Source of the DNA: Candidatus Thorarchaeota archaeon
Lineage (GTDB): Archaea; Asgardarchaeota; Thorarchaeia; Thorarchaeales; Thorarchaeaceae
Assembly (NCBI GenBank): GCA_048884785.1
Contig: JBHLQM010000003.1
Span: forward strand, 70,813 to 134,812
Reading direction: 5' to 3'
DNA: 64,000 nt
The translations under genes were made by a program, and so were the position numbers. The notes below the pieces were generated by a model. It worked only from the letters and a program-made list of their open reading frames with translations, made no database searches and was not told the DNA's origin. Shown here piece by piece: positions 28,984 through 38,799 of this stretch. Numbering within the stretch: position 1 is the stretch's first letter; the number at the start of each line of letters is the position of its first letter.

Positions 28984-29913
28984 ATGACTCGAAAGATGTA
29001 TGAACTTGTTGTGATAGGAAATCCCTATTATAACATCATTAGAACACCTCAATTCGAGACTCAGAACAGAATCCTCTCGGATCCTTCCAGCAATATTGCA
29101 CGAGTCGCTTCCAAGCTCGGAGTACATGAACTAGTTCTTATTGGGGCGATAGGACAGGATTATCGAAACGCACTTGCTCAGGATTTAGAAGATTATGGCG
29201 TTCCTGAATACTATGCCATCGAATCTCCAACAACAGGTGGGTTTCATATCGATTGCCACCATGAAGGCCTTCCTGTTCTTTCTCTTCTAGAATCTGCTCG
29301 GGAGTTAAGAATTCGTGACATTCCTGAGGAATTCCTATCAGCCGAGAATATTGTGATTGCTCCGTCGCTAATGGAAACAAATGCGGAGATTATCGAGTGG
29401 ATTTCCAACACTTCTGATGCATCAATCATTCTAGATACCCAGGGACTTGGTCGTCGTGTGAATCAGAATCGAGAGATAGAATTTCATCTCAATGGAGGTT
29501 TGGTAGAGAATCTCCTTGATTTGGCTACAATCGTGAAGATTGAGCGACCACTATGGAAACTGGTCACTGGCGAAACTGATCCGCTATTAGCTGCAGAGTT
29601 TCTGGTAGAAAATGGTGCTGACATCGGAATAGCGATGTTATCCTCAATGGGTGCAGTTGTATATGATGGAAACGAATTCCTAATTGTGCCCACAGAAAAG
29701 AGGTTTGTAAGAAACATCATGGCGGCGAGTGATGCTTTTCTAGCGGCATTTGTGGTTTATTTAAGCCGCTCAGATGACATGACCGAGCGAGCTGCCTTCG
29801 CTTCAGGGGCCGCAAGCACTGTCATGGAACACAGTTGTGTGGAGTTTGATATAATTCCAGAGGAAGTACATCAAAGGCAGCAAGCAATCATAGATCGTGT
29901 CGTCGTGAAATAG
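28984..29913 (+). CDS. PfkB-family kinase-like protein with degenerate active-site motif
   Basis: 309 aa with a ribokinase-like layout. The usual GAGD motif reads AASDAFLAAF. Lies 4 nt after the CDP-alcohol transferase gene. Confidence 0.6.
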   Translation: MTRKMYELVVIGNPYYNIIRTPQFETQNRILSDPSSNIARVASKLGVHELVLIGAIGQDYRNALAQDLEDYGVPEYYAIESPTTGGFHIDCHHEGLPVLSLLESARELRIRDIPEEFLSAENIVIAPSLMETNAEIIEWISNTSDASIILDTQGLGRRVNQNREIEFHLNGGLVENLLDLATIVKIERPLWKLVTGETDPLLAAEFLVENGADIGIAMLSSMGAVVYDGNEFLIVPTEKRFVRNIMAASDAFLAAFVVYLSRSDDMTERAAFASGAASTVMEHSCVEFDIIPEEVHQRQQAIIDRVVVK

Positions 29914-29918
29914 TACTT

Positions 29919-30269
29919 CTATTCAGTTAAATCAAAAACAAGGTTGAGTGTATCAGACAAGAATCTGCGAGCCTCTCTCATTGCAATCCTTCCATTATTC
30001 GTAATTTCATAGTACTTTCTGGGAGAGTCTGTAGCCTTTTGCTCTGAAACCAATCCATCTTTGATTAGTCTGTATATTATTGCATATCCGCTGACAGTTG
30101 CTGGAGAGAATCCAAACCTATCTGTAACAAGTTTCTTTAGCTCATAGCCGTAGTGAGGTCTTTCTTGCAGTAGTCTGAGGATGTATATCCATAGCATCTC
30201 CTTTGTGAGTTTATTCACCAATCTATGAATCGCCCTAGGCTTTTCGCCTGATTCGTATTCCCCAGTCAT
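29919..30269 (-). CDS. PadR-family transcriptional regulator
   Basis: LWIYILRLLQERPHYGYELKKLVTDRFGFSPATVSGYAIIYRLIKDGLV...YYEITNNG. ATG 30269 overlaps the trmY stop as ATGA. Confidence 0.75.
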   Translation of the reverse strand: MTGEYESGEKPRAIHRLVNKLTKEMLWIYILRLLQERPHYGYELKKLVTDRFGFSPATVSGYAIIYRLIKDGLVSEQKATDSPRKYYEITNNGRIAMREARRFLSDTLNLVFDLTE

Positions 30270-30868
30270 TGCTTTGACCTCTCCCAATGCGAAATAATCG
30301 ATGCGACACAATGGCTCCCGAGGAGGCTCACTGGTCCCAGAGACACTGATTTGATTTTTAGTTTCACAATCATTTCTCTTGTCTGAGCATCGAAGCCTCG
30401 ATGGTCTCCGACCATAAAACTGTATTGTGAAACTCCTTTCTTAAGCTTGATTGTGGAAAATGGCGCTCCTGATTCATCCAATACATACAAGTATGAATGA
30501 TTAGAATCTTTGATTCCCTCCAGAACTGAAACAAGGGGACCTTCCATGAATCTGACAAAATCTGGAGGACTTCCCTTTAACGAATTCTTTAGAACTCGAG
30601 CCCACCAGACTTCACCACGACCAAGGCAAACCGGATCTGCTTTGATTTGAAGAATCTTGCTTTCCCCAATCGAGACTATGGCTTCGATTTCTGAGGTTGC
30701 ATTCGTATGAGGTGCCCAATCAAAGCATGCCGCAAGAGTTCTACAAAGAACATCTATTCTCATACCTGACCCAGGTAGGTCCTTGAAAAGAAAATCCCCT
30801 CTTGGATTAATTGAAGGGAAGATTAGGATGAATCTCAGACTGGTGGAGTCAGTCATTTGGAATACCAT
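30266..30868 (-). CDS. trmY: tRNA (pseudouridine54-N1)-methyltransferase TrmY (SPOUT, DUF358)
   Basis: 200 aa. FKDLPGSGMRIDVLCRTL, FMVGDHRGF and SLGPVSLLGSHCVASIISHWE parallel the Methanocaldococcus TrmY motifs as I recall them. Confidence 0.7.
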   Translation of the reverse strand: MVFQMTDSTSLRFILIFPSINPRGDFLFKDLPGSGMRIDVLCRTLAACFDWAPHTNATSEIEAIVSIGESKILQIKADPVCLGRGEVWWARVLKNSLKGSPPDFVRFMEGPLVSVLEGIKDSNHSYLYVLDESGAPFSTIKLKKGVSQYSFMVGDHRGFDAQTREMIVKLKIKSVSLGPVSLLGSHCVASIISHWERSKQ

Positions 30869-30934
30869 CTAGTTTGCTATTTCGACGTCTAAAGCACTAA
30901 TAGTTTTTGAATGGGCGGCATTTTGCAGCTGTAT

Positions 30935-31222
30935 TTACCGACGACTGAGGTGTGATCTTCTCTCAGTTGACTGTCTAATGTGTACCTTTCCAGTGTGAAC
31001 TGCACAACTTACACAATAGGTTTCAGTAACAATTTTGCTTGGCACAAAACTACCACTTTGCCGTAACTCACGGGCCAGCTGATGGTCAACAGCACTCACT
31101 CTTCGAGTACGTTTCTTTGCCTTGTCAGCAGGCACGATTCTGCCGCATTTTGAACACTGCACATTTTTTGATTTGCCTGAGGCTCCCTTCGACCTGCCTC
31201 CGGATTTTCTTTTCTTAGTCAA
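30935..31222 (-). CDS. rps26e: ribosomal protein eS26
   Basis: 95 aa. MTKKRKSGGRSKG...VQCSKCGRIVPADKAKKR...YCVSCAVH matches the S26e zinc-ribbon pattern. Confidence 0.8.
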   Translation of the reverse strand: MTKKRKSGGRSKGASGKSKNVQCSKCGRIVPADKAKKRTRRVSAVDHQLARELRQSGSFVPSKIVTETYCVSCAVHTGKVHIRQSTERRSHLSRR

Positions 31223-31295
31223 TTATACTCTTCCACCAGGAATCGATTCAATTCGGGCCAACCAGTTTGGCCTTAAAATCTTGTTCATATCGGTC

Positions 31296-32369
31296 CTACC
31301 AAAACCTGCCTACAATTTCTTCCACTTTATCCAAAACTCCAAGATTGGCGTCATCCAAAGACTTGACAGTTTCCCGTTGAATCTGGTCCTGAAGCTTTGG
31401 CATTTCCCTACCATCCAGACCATAGAGGAGGGCATGGATGGAAGGTCCGATGATAAGTGGGTTATAGCCTCCCTCAAGAACTGAAAATGATCCTCGAATC
31501 CCAAGCTTTTCTACAGTTTCATTAATGGTTTTTCCAATATACCAGAAGGTCGATGTATCGATATTCATATTTCCAACAGGGTCTGCATAATGTGAGTCAA
31601 AGCCGGCTGACAGTCCAATAATGTCCGGTTCAAATTTCAAAATGGATGGAATTGCAATTCTTTTGACAGCTTCCCGATATACCATATCTGAGGTTGCATC
31701 GATGAGTGGAATGTTAATATTCGTACCTACAGCCTCACCAAAACCCAATTCCTCATAATGTCCGATTCCGAAGTTTTCGTAGTCATACTCATGTATGCTG
31801 ATGTACTGTACATTCTTATTAGCGTAGAATATGTCCGCAGTCCCATTACCAAAATGATCATCAAAGTCAAAAATTGTGACGCGTTTGATATCAGAGGAAT
31901 CCATCAGCTTCATCGTTGCTATAGCGATATTATTGAAGTAGCAAAGGCCCGCCGCGGTCGACCGAGAAGCATGATGACCAGGAGGTCGCATCAGTGAAAA
32001 TGCGTGTTTCACCTCGTTCCTAGCTACTAGTTCTGCGGCAAGAATAGCACCCCCCACAGATATCATGGCGGTTCTGTATAGATCAGGGCTTGCATGGGCA
32101 GACTCTCCTATGACTCCACTGCCAATATTGGACATGAGCCGAACAGACTCAACAAGATATGGAGTATGAACTTTGAGAATATCTTCTATATTCGCACGAG
32201 GCGCTTTCTGTTGATCGACTTCATTCAGGAGTCCTGTTTCCCTTAGGTAATGCTCTGCCATCTGAGTCCTTAATGGAGCTTCAAAAGATTCCAAATTTGG
32301 TCTAGGAAAGGGTTGAACATGGTGATGTGATTTTGGGTGAGTGATTACAGCCATGCGATCTTTTTTCAT
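31296..32369 (-). CDS. histone deacetylase-family (class I/II HDAC/AcuC-like) deacetylase
   Basis: 357 aa with RPPGHHA, FDFDDHFGNGT and LEGGY motifs. Confidence 0.8.
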   Translation of the reverse strand: MKKDRMAVITHPKSHHHVQPFPRPNLESFEAPLRTQMAEHYLRETGLLNEVDQQKAPRANIEDILKVHTPYLVESVRLMSNIGSGVIGESAHASPDLYRTAMISVGGAILAAELVARNEVKHAFSLMRPPGHHASRSTAAGLCYFNNIAIATMKLMDSSDIKRVTIFDFDDHFGNGTADIFYANKNVQYISIHEYDYENFGIGHYEELGFGEAVGTNINIPLIDATSDMVYREAVKRIAIPSILKFEPDIIGLSAGFDSHYADPVGNMNIDTSTFWYIGKTINETVEKLGIRGSFSVLEGGYNPLIIGPSIHALLYGLDGREMPKLQDQIQRETVKSLDDANLGVLDKVEEIVGRFW

Positions 32370-32403
32370 TGCATCCTCTCGCTGTGTTTTTTATTCCACT
32401 TGA

Positions 32404-33855
32404 TTAAATTGTTGCCTTTAGCGGGAAATCCTGTTCTAGAGGCAAAATGTAACTGTACAATATGTTCAGAACCCGGGCAGAAACATCAGTGGGTTTTGAA
32501 AGTAATTTCAGGCCGCGAATTCCATGATTCTTTATTAGGCTCCTAGTTAAATCTGCGGATCTTGTCCAATCCCTTTTTTCTTCAACCCATAAATAACCAT
32601 CAATCTCATAGATTTCAGAATGTGCTCTTCTGAAGCCCTCAGCTTCTGGTATATCAATTGGAGGCCCTTTCCTTGAGTAGTGAGATGAAATCTCAGGGGA
32701 TTCAACTACAAATCCAAGGGAATAGTGGTTTCTCTCGAAGTAGACCTCGAACAAGATTTCTCCAAATCTCCTCTCACCAGTTCTCTCATGCTCTAATATG
32801 CTGGTTATTTTTCTTCCCAGCCGATGAAGCTTGTCTCTCAAAACCGTGTAATGAACGGTGCCATCGGATTCGAATTCGAATACAAATGAATGGGCCAGGA
32901 ACCAATTTGGAGGCTTTTCCGCAGCAACCGGTTTTTCGATTATCAAATCAAAATAAGCTTCATCTGTTTTTGTCGAAACCTCCAGCAATCCGGCCGTTTG
33001 CTTTCTGAGCCATCGATACGATCTATCGGAGAAACTAGAAGCAACATTCCTATTGGTATCTGTTGGGTCAATAATGAAGATCGAGTTGTCTCTGAATTGA
33101 GGTAGTTCTCGCAGCACCTGAAGATCTCTTTTCAGAGGATCAATAGGACATTCTTCAAGACTATTCAGTGCCATCAAGGCATTCTTTAGACTTCCAGTTT
33201 GGAGTATTAAGATTTCTAAGGAATATCCTGTAAAACCCATTTGTCCTATGGCGCATGCATCAGCATAAACATGACTTGCTCGAGCAAAAGATTTGAGAAT
33301 TCTTACATCCTCTCTTAGCCTTTCAGTGATTCTTTCGCTGACATATCTAGTGTGATGAACTGTCCTATCAACTGCAGTAATTGGCCCCTCAGACGCCAAT
33401 CTTTCTGCCGATAGATCAAAGCAGACAAGAATATCTACATCATTTCCCATGAATTCTAGAGAAAGGTATGGGTGTTGAGAGTAGGTCTTCTGCATGTGGC
33501 GAATTTTTAACTTCCGAAGAGCTGGTACGAACCACTTGTCAACTAGGAATTCAAGCTGCCTATCAAGCTCTTTTGATCTCTGTTTCGAATCTGAATCCAG
33601 TATGTTTCTGTAATCCTCTGGATCCATACCAACAAAAAGGTCGATATCACCAGCACCTCTTAGCTGAGTTTGCTTTTTGCCTGTTGAACCTTGAGGCTCA
33701 ATGAATGAATATGCTTGATTAATCTCTCTCGAGTAATCATCCAAGGCCTCGGTCAATGTGCGAATTGCTTTGTTTTGAGATTCTATTTCCTCCTGGAGTG
33801 GAATGATACGGGCCAATAGTTTTTTGCGAATGGATGGAGGAATGAACTCTTGCAC
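32404..33855 (-). CDS. cca: CCA-adding tRNA nucleotidyltransferase (archaeal class I)
   Basis: 483 aa with GSTGKKQTQLRGAGDIDLFV, the nucleotidyltransferase motif of archaeal CCA-adding enzymes. Confidence 0.8.
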   Translation of the reverse strand: MQEFIPPSIRKKLLARIIPLQEEIESQNKAIRTLTEALDDYSREINQAYSFIEPQGSTGKKQTQLRGAGDIDLFVGMDPEDYRNILDSDSKQRSKELDRQLEFLVDKWFVPALRKLKIRHMQKTYSQHPYLSLEFMGNDVDILVCFDLSAERLASEGPITAVDRTVHHTRYVSERITERLREDVRILKSFARASHVYADACAIGQMGFTGYSLEILILQTGSLKNALMALNSLEECPIDPLKRDLQVLRELPQFRDNSIFIIDPTDTNRNVASSFSDRSYRWLRKQTAGLLEVSTKTDEAYFDLIIEKPVAAEKPPNWFLAHSFVFEFESDGTVHYTVLRDKLHRLGRKITSILEHERTGERRFGEILFEVYFERNHYSLGFVVESPEISSHYSRKGPPIDIPEAEGFRRAHSEIYEIDGYLWVEEKRDWTRSADLTRSLIKNHGIRGLKLLSKPTDVSARVLNILYSYILPLEQDFPLKATI

Positions 33856-33981
33856 TGTTTCGACCTATATCATGATACATTACATACGCTATGAATCTTG
33901 ACCTTCTTCGAACTTCGCGTAGGTTTAAAGAGCCAGATATCATGAACCCCTAATGCTGTCTTATAGCTGGGGCTGAGCATT

Positions 33982-34479
33982 GTGACAAAGATAATCCCTA
34001 TTGTAATAACAATCCTTAGCGTAGGTGAGAAATTCCTGTTCCTCAAGCGGCGGAATCCACCATATGAGAATCTATGGAGTCTTGTTGGAGGCAAGGTAAA
34101 CCCTGGCGAGCATATATTCACTGCAGCAAAACGAGAAGTCATGGAAGAAACTGGATCGGCACATGTGTATGATTACTCTATGAAAGGGGTAGTATCAGAG
34201 CGTCTCGTGAAACCGGATGGGGGTTTAGAGGCTCAGTTCTTGATTTTCGTTGGAGATGCCAAATTAGATTCTTTCTCAAAAACGCATGACGAGGGAGTTC
34301 TTTCGCTTTTCACTCTCAATGATCTGGAGATGATAAAGAATTCAATTCTTCCCTCTGATTGGGAGATGTTTTCATCCTTCAGAAGTCTTGATCAGAATTG
34401 CATAAGATATTATGAAGCCGAACTTGTGCATGATGAAGGCAATTACACCCTTAACTACTACAGAGATGGTCTTGGTTGA
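33982..34479 (+). CDS. NUDIX hydrolase
   Basis: Nudix box GGKVNPGEHIFTAAKREVMEETG. GTG start. Confidence 0.8.
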   Translation: MTKIIPIVITILSVGEKFLFLKRRNPPYENLWSLVGGKVNPGEHIFTAAKREVMEETGSAHVYDYSMKGVVSERLVKPDGGLEAQFLIFVGDAKLDSFSKTHDEGVLSLFTLNDLEMIKNSILPSDWEMFSSFRSLDQNCIRYYEAELVHDEGNYTLNYYRDGLG

Positions 34480-35447
34480 AGGCTGGCGGAATCGAAATAG
34501 TACCACTTGCAGCAGAGAGTATGGGTGTAAGGTCTCTTTGCACGTATTTGCGAACGCCAGATGTTTCGATTCTTCTTGATCCCTCAGCCGCACTTGCTTT
34601 TCGTCCTCCATATGATCCGCACCCATATGAGTATCTAGCATTAGAATCATCACTGTCTAGAATCCGGCAGGTAGCCATGGATGTAGAGATTATAACTGTG
34701 TCACATTATCATTTCGATCATGTTCGACCTGGTATTACTGACTGGAGATACAACTTCAGTACTAGGGAGGAACGCCTTTCATTATATTCTGGAAAGAAGA
34801 TTCTTGCAAAAGACGGCCGGGAAAATGTGAATGCATCACAAAGAAGACGTGCGTTCTATTTCGAGAAGGACTTGCGCGGAAAGGTTGAGATTGAATGGGC
34901 TGATGGCAAGAGATTCACCTTCGGTGATACTACTATCACTTTTTCTCTCCCGTTGCCACATGGTCCTGAAGACTCGAAATTGGGATATGTTCTCTCAACT
35001 TTGATTGAATTCGGGGATAGCAGATTTCTATTTGCTCCTGACGTACAGGGGCCTATAAGTCGCAAGACACTTGCTTATTTCCTGAAATTGGACCCTCATG
35101 TTGTAATTCTGGGAGGTCCGCCAATATATCTGAAACAATTCTCAGAACATGAATCCCAAGAAGCTCTCTATGCCCTAACGACCCTTGTAACTGCTGTAGA
35201 TTATTTGGTTGTTGATCACCATCTACTCAGAACTACAGACTGGGAGCAGTGGATTAAACCAATACAGCTAGCTGCCGAACGTGCCGGCCATACAATAGGC
35301 ACCATGGCTGATCTTGCTGGTCAAGACAGAACGCTTCTAGAAGCATCGCGCGAGGAATTGTATAGAACGAATCCTCCGAGTCAGGAGTTCGAAAGGTGGT
35401 TATCATCTTCAGATGAATACAAAACAGGGACTAGGCCACCAATATAA
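34476..35447 (+). CDS. MBL-fold metallo-hydrolase
   Basis: 323 aa with the HxHxDH motif as SHYHFDH. Overlaps the Nudix gene by 4 nt. TTG start. Confidence 0.7.
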   Translation: MKAGGIEIVPLAAESMGVRSLCTYLRTPDVSILLDPSAALAFRPPYDPHPYEYLALESSLSRIRQVAMDVEIITVSHYHFDHVRPGITDWRYNFSTREERLSLYSGKKILAKDGRENVNASQRRRAFYFEKDLRGKVEIEWADGKRFTFGDTTITFSLPLPHGPEDSKLGYVLSTLIEFGDSRFLFAPDVQGPISRKTLAYFLKLDPHVVILGGPPIYLKQFSEHESQEALYALTTLVTAVDYLVVDHHLLRTTDWEQWIKPIQLAAERAGHTIGTMADLAGQDRTLLEASREELYRTNPPSQEFERWLSSSDEYKTGTRPPI

Positions 35448-35520
35448 ACTCAGATATTTTCGTAATCTTGAGGACATCATAGCTTTGTTTTAGGGCAAAT
35501 AAATCAACAGAACAATTGCT

Positions 35521-35796
35521 ATGGAATCGAATGATATGGGAATTGGCAATGACTTTGATATCACCACAGTGGGCTATCTACTTGGTGAGCTCGGCATTGA
35601 AATCCTGACCATGATTGCACAAGGCTGTAGCAATGATAGTGAAATCAAGCGACTTAGCACAATAACCTCCTCCTGTCTCGATATCAAGATTCCATTGCTC
35701 GAAACCCTTGGTCTGATTAGGATTGAGGGTGATATTTACATACTTGCAAAAAATGGTGTCACTGTGCTCAAGGAACTGACGGGTTGGAGAGAATGA
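35521..35796 (+). CDS. small winged-helix-like protein
   Basis: 91 aa. LTMIAQGCSNDSEIKRLSTITSSCLDIKIPLLETLGLIRIEGDIYIL resembles a wHTH. Function unknown. Confidence 0.4.
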   Translation: MESNDMGIGNDFDITTVGYLLGELGIEILTMIAQGCSNDSEIKRLSTITSSCLDIKIPLLETLGLIRIEGDIYILAKNGVTVLKELTGWRE

Positions 35797-36203
35797 AGGA
35801 ACTAACTGAGGGGTCAATTTCAAGGGTCATAAACGGTATGATATCAATCAGGGACTTCCAAGAAAGCGTTAATATTCAGGATGGTTCTGTTGTCCTAATA
35901 GTCAGATCTCGAAGTGGATTTCTCAGAGTGATTCCTATAAGTGGTGGCTCAGCATGTCATGTACGTGTTTCACTTGACCTGACGTCATTTACTAGCACCT
36001 CTAGAATGCTATACGACACAATACGAGAAATGGATTTGAGGCTCTTGCATTCTACCGGTTTCTGTCCCTTTGAGAATGTTTGTATATGGGAAGGGTATTT
36101 TCTTGTCAAGGAAAGAAGCAACATTGAAGAGTTCATCAAATGGCTTCGTGGCCTAAATGTAGTACTCGAAATCGAGATTCTTCCTCTAATGGAAAAGGAG
36201 TGA
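35784..36203 (+). CDS. hypothetical protein (possible ACT-like C-terminal half)
   Basis: 139 aa, overlaps the upstream ORF by 13 nt. Only a weak beta-alpha-beta-beta-alpha-beta pattern is visible. Confidence 0.4.
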   Translation: MERMKELTEGSISRVINGMISIRDFQESVNIQDGSVVLIVRSRSGFLRVIPISGGSACHVRVSLDLTSFTSTSRMLYDTIREMDLRLLHSTGFCPFENVCIWEGYFLVKERSNIEEFIKWLRGLNVVLEIEILPLMEKE

Positions 36204-36225
36204 ATTGAACTAGTGGAGGTTTGCG

Positions 36226-36783
36226 ATGAGAATGGAAGATGAGAATGGTCTAAACTCCACAAGATCAATATTGCAGCGATTCAAAATCGCTGCGAGAGAA
36301 GCAGAGGAGAATCTAGTAAATGAAAACTACTCACAAGCAATGGCCCAGTTCTATGATGCCAGTCGTTCCGCAGATGAAATGACAGAGCGATTTCTGATAC
36401 TGCTTATGAGAACAGCTCCAAGTGATGCACATAGGACTTTGATTGTTGAATTTCTTAGCTGGCGTCTCCGCTACTTTGCAGCTCAATATGACTATCATCT
36501 TTCTGTGGCACAGACCTTGTCTGGATTGCCAAGAGAGGAATGGATTGCACGCCTAGAAACAATTCTTGTTCTCTCTCAAAGCTTGGTTTCGAAGCTTCTA
36601 CCCGTCCTTGATGAAACTGATGATGCAAATGTTGAATTTAGAATTAGAGAGCTTCTGACGGATTGGGTCCAAGGCATACGGGAATTAGTTTCAAAACTTC
36701 AGAGTTGGGGAATGGCGAGCGCACAAGCCGCGCAAGTCTTGGAGTGGGCGCTAGACAATGGTATTGACGCAAAGACGAAATAA
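36226..36783 (+). CDS. all-helical hypothetical protein
   Basis: 185 aa, helical throughout. The N-terminal AAREAEENLVNENYSQAMAQFYDASRSADEM is TPR/MIT-like by eye only. Confidence 0.45.
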   Translation: MRMEDENGLNSTRSILQRFKIAAREAEENLVNENYSQAMAQFYDASRSADEMTERFLILLMRTAPSDAHRTLIVEFLSWRLRYFAAQYDYHLSVAQTLSGLPREEWIARLETILVLSQSLVSKLLPVLDETDDANVEFRIRELLTDWVQGIRELVSKLQSWGMASAQAAQVLEWALDNGIDAKTK

Positions 36784-36795
36784 CTGGTTGCCGAC

Positions 36796-37023
36796 CTAAC
36801 TCTTCGATTTTCCTTCAATGCATGCGCAAGCAGCTTCAGTATCAGCCAATTGGTAATGGCTATCAACATAGCAAATTAGATAGTGATTGTCATGTTTGAT
36901 GATGATTGGAGCTGGGAATCTCTGAACTTTCTTCAGCTCAGATTTGGGTAAATCCCAAGAAATAGTTTCCTTGCAGACTGGACATTGTAGCCACTTCAGC
37001 CCTTCGGTCATCAATACCACCAT
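36796..37023 (-). CDS. small Cys-containing hypothetical protein (start uncertain)
   Basis: The track ORF reaches 37185, but the upstream part looks non-coding. From ATG 37023 it reads MVVLMTEGLKWLQCPVCKETISWDL... Confidence 0.3.
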   Translation of the reverse strand: MVVLMTEGLKWLQCPVCKETISWDLPKSELKKVQRFPAPIIIKHDNHYLICYVDSHYQLADTEAACACIEGKSKS

Positions 37024-37185
37024 TTTGTGTAGGCGTAACTTAATGTGAGTGACTGCAATCGTACTAAAAACGTTATCGTCACTCACTAGCAGCATGCAGC
37101 TCATGAAGAAATCTGCGCATGAGAAATCATCAACTAAAACCAATTTTAATCTTGCATGGGTGGACCCTCTGAGAATCGAAGACAA

Positions 37186-38016
37186 TCACTCTTCCAAATC
37201 CATGTCCCAAGCTCCGGGATCTTCGAGATCCGTACTTAGAATTGGCCGTTTTCTCCTCGATAAATCCGCAAGGTCATACCTATCGCTATCTACTATTAGT
37301 TCCGAAGAGTCTGAATCTAGGTATGCTGGAATGTGACCTAACTCAATACCCCTCTCCACTATTCTTCTCACTTTGGTTTCTTCTAGCCCAGTGCTTTCTA
37401 CAAGACCGCTTATTGTCACAGCAACTTCTGACTCCAAGGAAGCTCGAACAAAGCCGGCAAATGCCAGTAGGAAAAGGTCTCTGATTTTCTTGATTCCATC
37501 CTTATCCAGCACTCTTGTCAACGCAGCATCTATGTACATGTCTGCGTCTCCAAAGTGGTATTCGTTTAGCATTAGTGCAAGGTTGATCAGCTCTTTTGCT
37601 CTTCCTCTTGTCGTTTCAGCGGCCGCATGAATCAATTGTCGTGCAAGGTCTAGATCACCGCCGACAATCGCACAGAATGCACCATCAACAAAGAGCATAG
37701 GGTTCTTGTCCTCCTCAGCTGCATAGATGTACGCCTCTGACGCGATTTGATAGTCGATTTCGAATTTCTCATGCTCACCCTGCCTAATCCAGCTGTCTCC
37801 TGCTTCTCTCATAAACTCTGCCGCTTCAGTATATCGGTGCTCAAGCATTGCATGTTCATAGGCTCTTTCGAATGCTCCCGCCGCCTTACCGAAGAATTCC
37901 CATCTGGACCAGCATTTAGCCGCTGTATGAAATAATAAAATGGCCCCTTCATTCAAACCTTCTTTCGCTTTTGCATCAGCATTCTGCTCTGCTCTTGTGC
38001 AATCAGATTTGTCCAT
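37186..38016 (-). CDS. SNAP-like TPR solenoid with C-terminal PCI-type winged helix
   Basis: 276 aa. The N-terminal repeats FFGKAAGAFERAYEHAMLEHRYTEAAEFMREAGDSW resemble alpha-SNAP repeats. The C-terminal VTISGLVESTGLEETKVRRIVERGIELGHIPAYLDSDSSELIV fits the PCI winged-helix pattern. Confidence 0.5.
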   Translation of the reverse strand: MDKSDCTRAEQNADAKAKEGLNEGAILLFHTAAKCWSRWEFFGKAAGAFERAYEHAMLEHRYTEAAEFMREAGDSWIRQGEHEKFEIDYQIASEAYIYAAEEDKNPMLFVDGAFCAIVGGDLDLARQLIHAAAETTRGRAKELINLALMLNEYHFGDADMYIDAALTRVLDKDGIKKIRDLFLLAFAGFVRASLESEVAVTISGLVESTGLEETKVRRIVERGIELGHIPAYLDSDSSELIVDSDRYDLADLSRRKRPILSTDLEDPGAWDMDLEE

Positions 38017-38108
38017 GCTTGCATGCGCCCCAGACTGCTGATTCTATCAGCAAAATACATCTAAACCTTTGGCTAAATTATGGGCGAAGGGTCGCTTTTT
38101 TGCGACCC

Positions 38109-38795
38109 TCATCTAATCGAGCGGATGGCTCCATCGCTCATTCGAATGACTCTTTTGGCATGCTTGGTCAATTCCTCATTGTGAGTTACTAGCACAACTG
38201 TCATCCTTCTCTCTCGATTGAGGTGGGCAATCATTTTCATGATTCCTTCGCCTGTTTGAGAATCAAGATTTCCTGTTGGCTCATCACAGAAAAGGATTGG
38301 AGGATTATTCACCAGTGCTCGGGCAATTGCCACTCGCTGCTGCTCTCCACCTGAAAGCTGCATTGGTCTGTGGTCGCGTCGCTCAAGCATATCAACTTCT
38401 CGCAAAACCTCGAGTGTCATCTCTTCCTGCTTATCTTTGTGGAGTTCTTCAAATGGCCAAAGGACGGCTTCGATGTTTTCATATGATGTAAGATCATCAA
38501 TCAGAAGGAAGGACTGAAAGACAAAGCCTATCTTTTCCGATCTGACTTTTGGAAGGTCTCTTTCACTGATGAGAGTGACGTCAACACCATCTAGAAGAAT
38601 TCGTCCACTTGTTGGCTGCTCAAGGCCTGCCATGACATGAAGCAATGTGGATTTTCCACAGCCGGAGGGTCCAACAACTGCTATGAACTCCCCTGGTTGA
38701 ATCTCCAGGTTGATATCTTTGAGGGCCGCAACGGTGTTTTTCCCTCTGCCATACTCCTTATTGACTTTCTCTACACGAATAATCGGATTTGTCAT
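38109..38795 (-). CDS. ABC transporter ATP-binding protein (MacB/LolD-like)
   Basis: [31 protein letters not shown]. Confidence 0.85.
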   Translation of the reverse strand: MTNPIIRVEKVNKEYGRGKNTVAALKDINLEIQPGEFIAVVGPSGCGKSTLLHVMAGLEQPTSGRILLDGVDVTLISERDLPKVRSEKIGFVFQSFLLIDDLTSYENIEAVLWPFEELHKDKQEEMTLEVLREVDMLERRDHRPMQLSGGEQQRVAIARALVNNPPILFCDEPTGNLDSQTGEGIMKMIAHLNRERRMTVVLVTHNEELTKHAKRVIRMSDGAIRSIR

Positions 38796-38799
38796 GATA

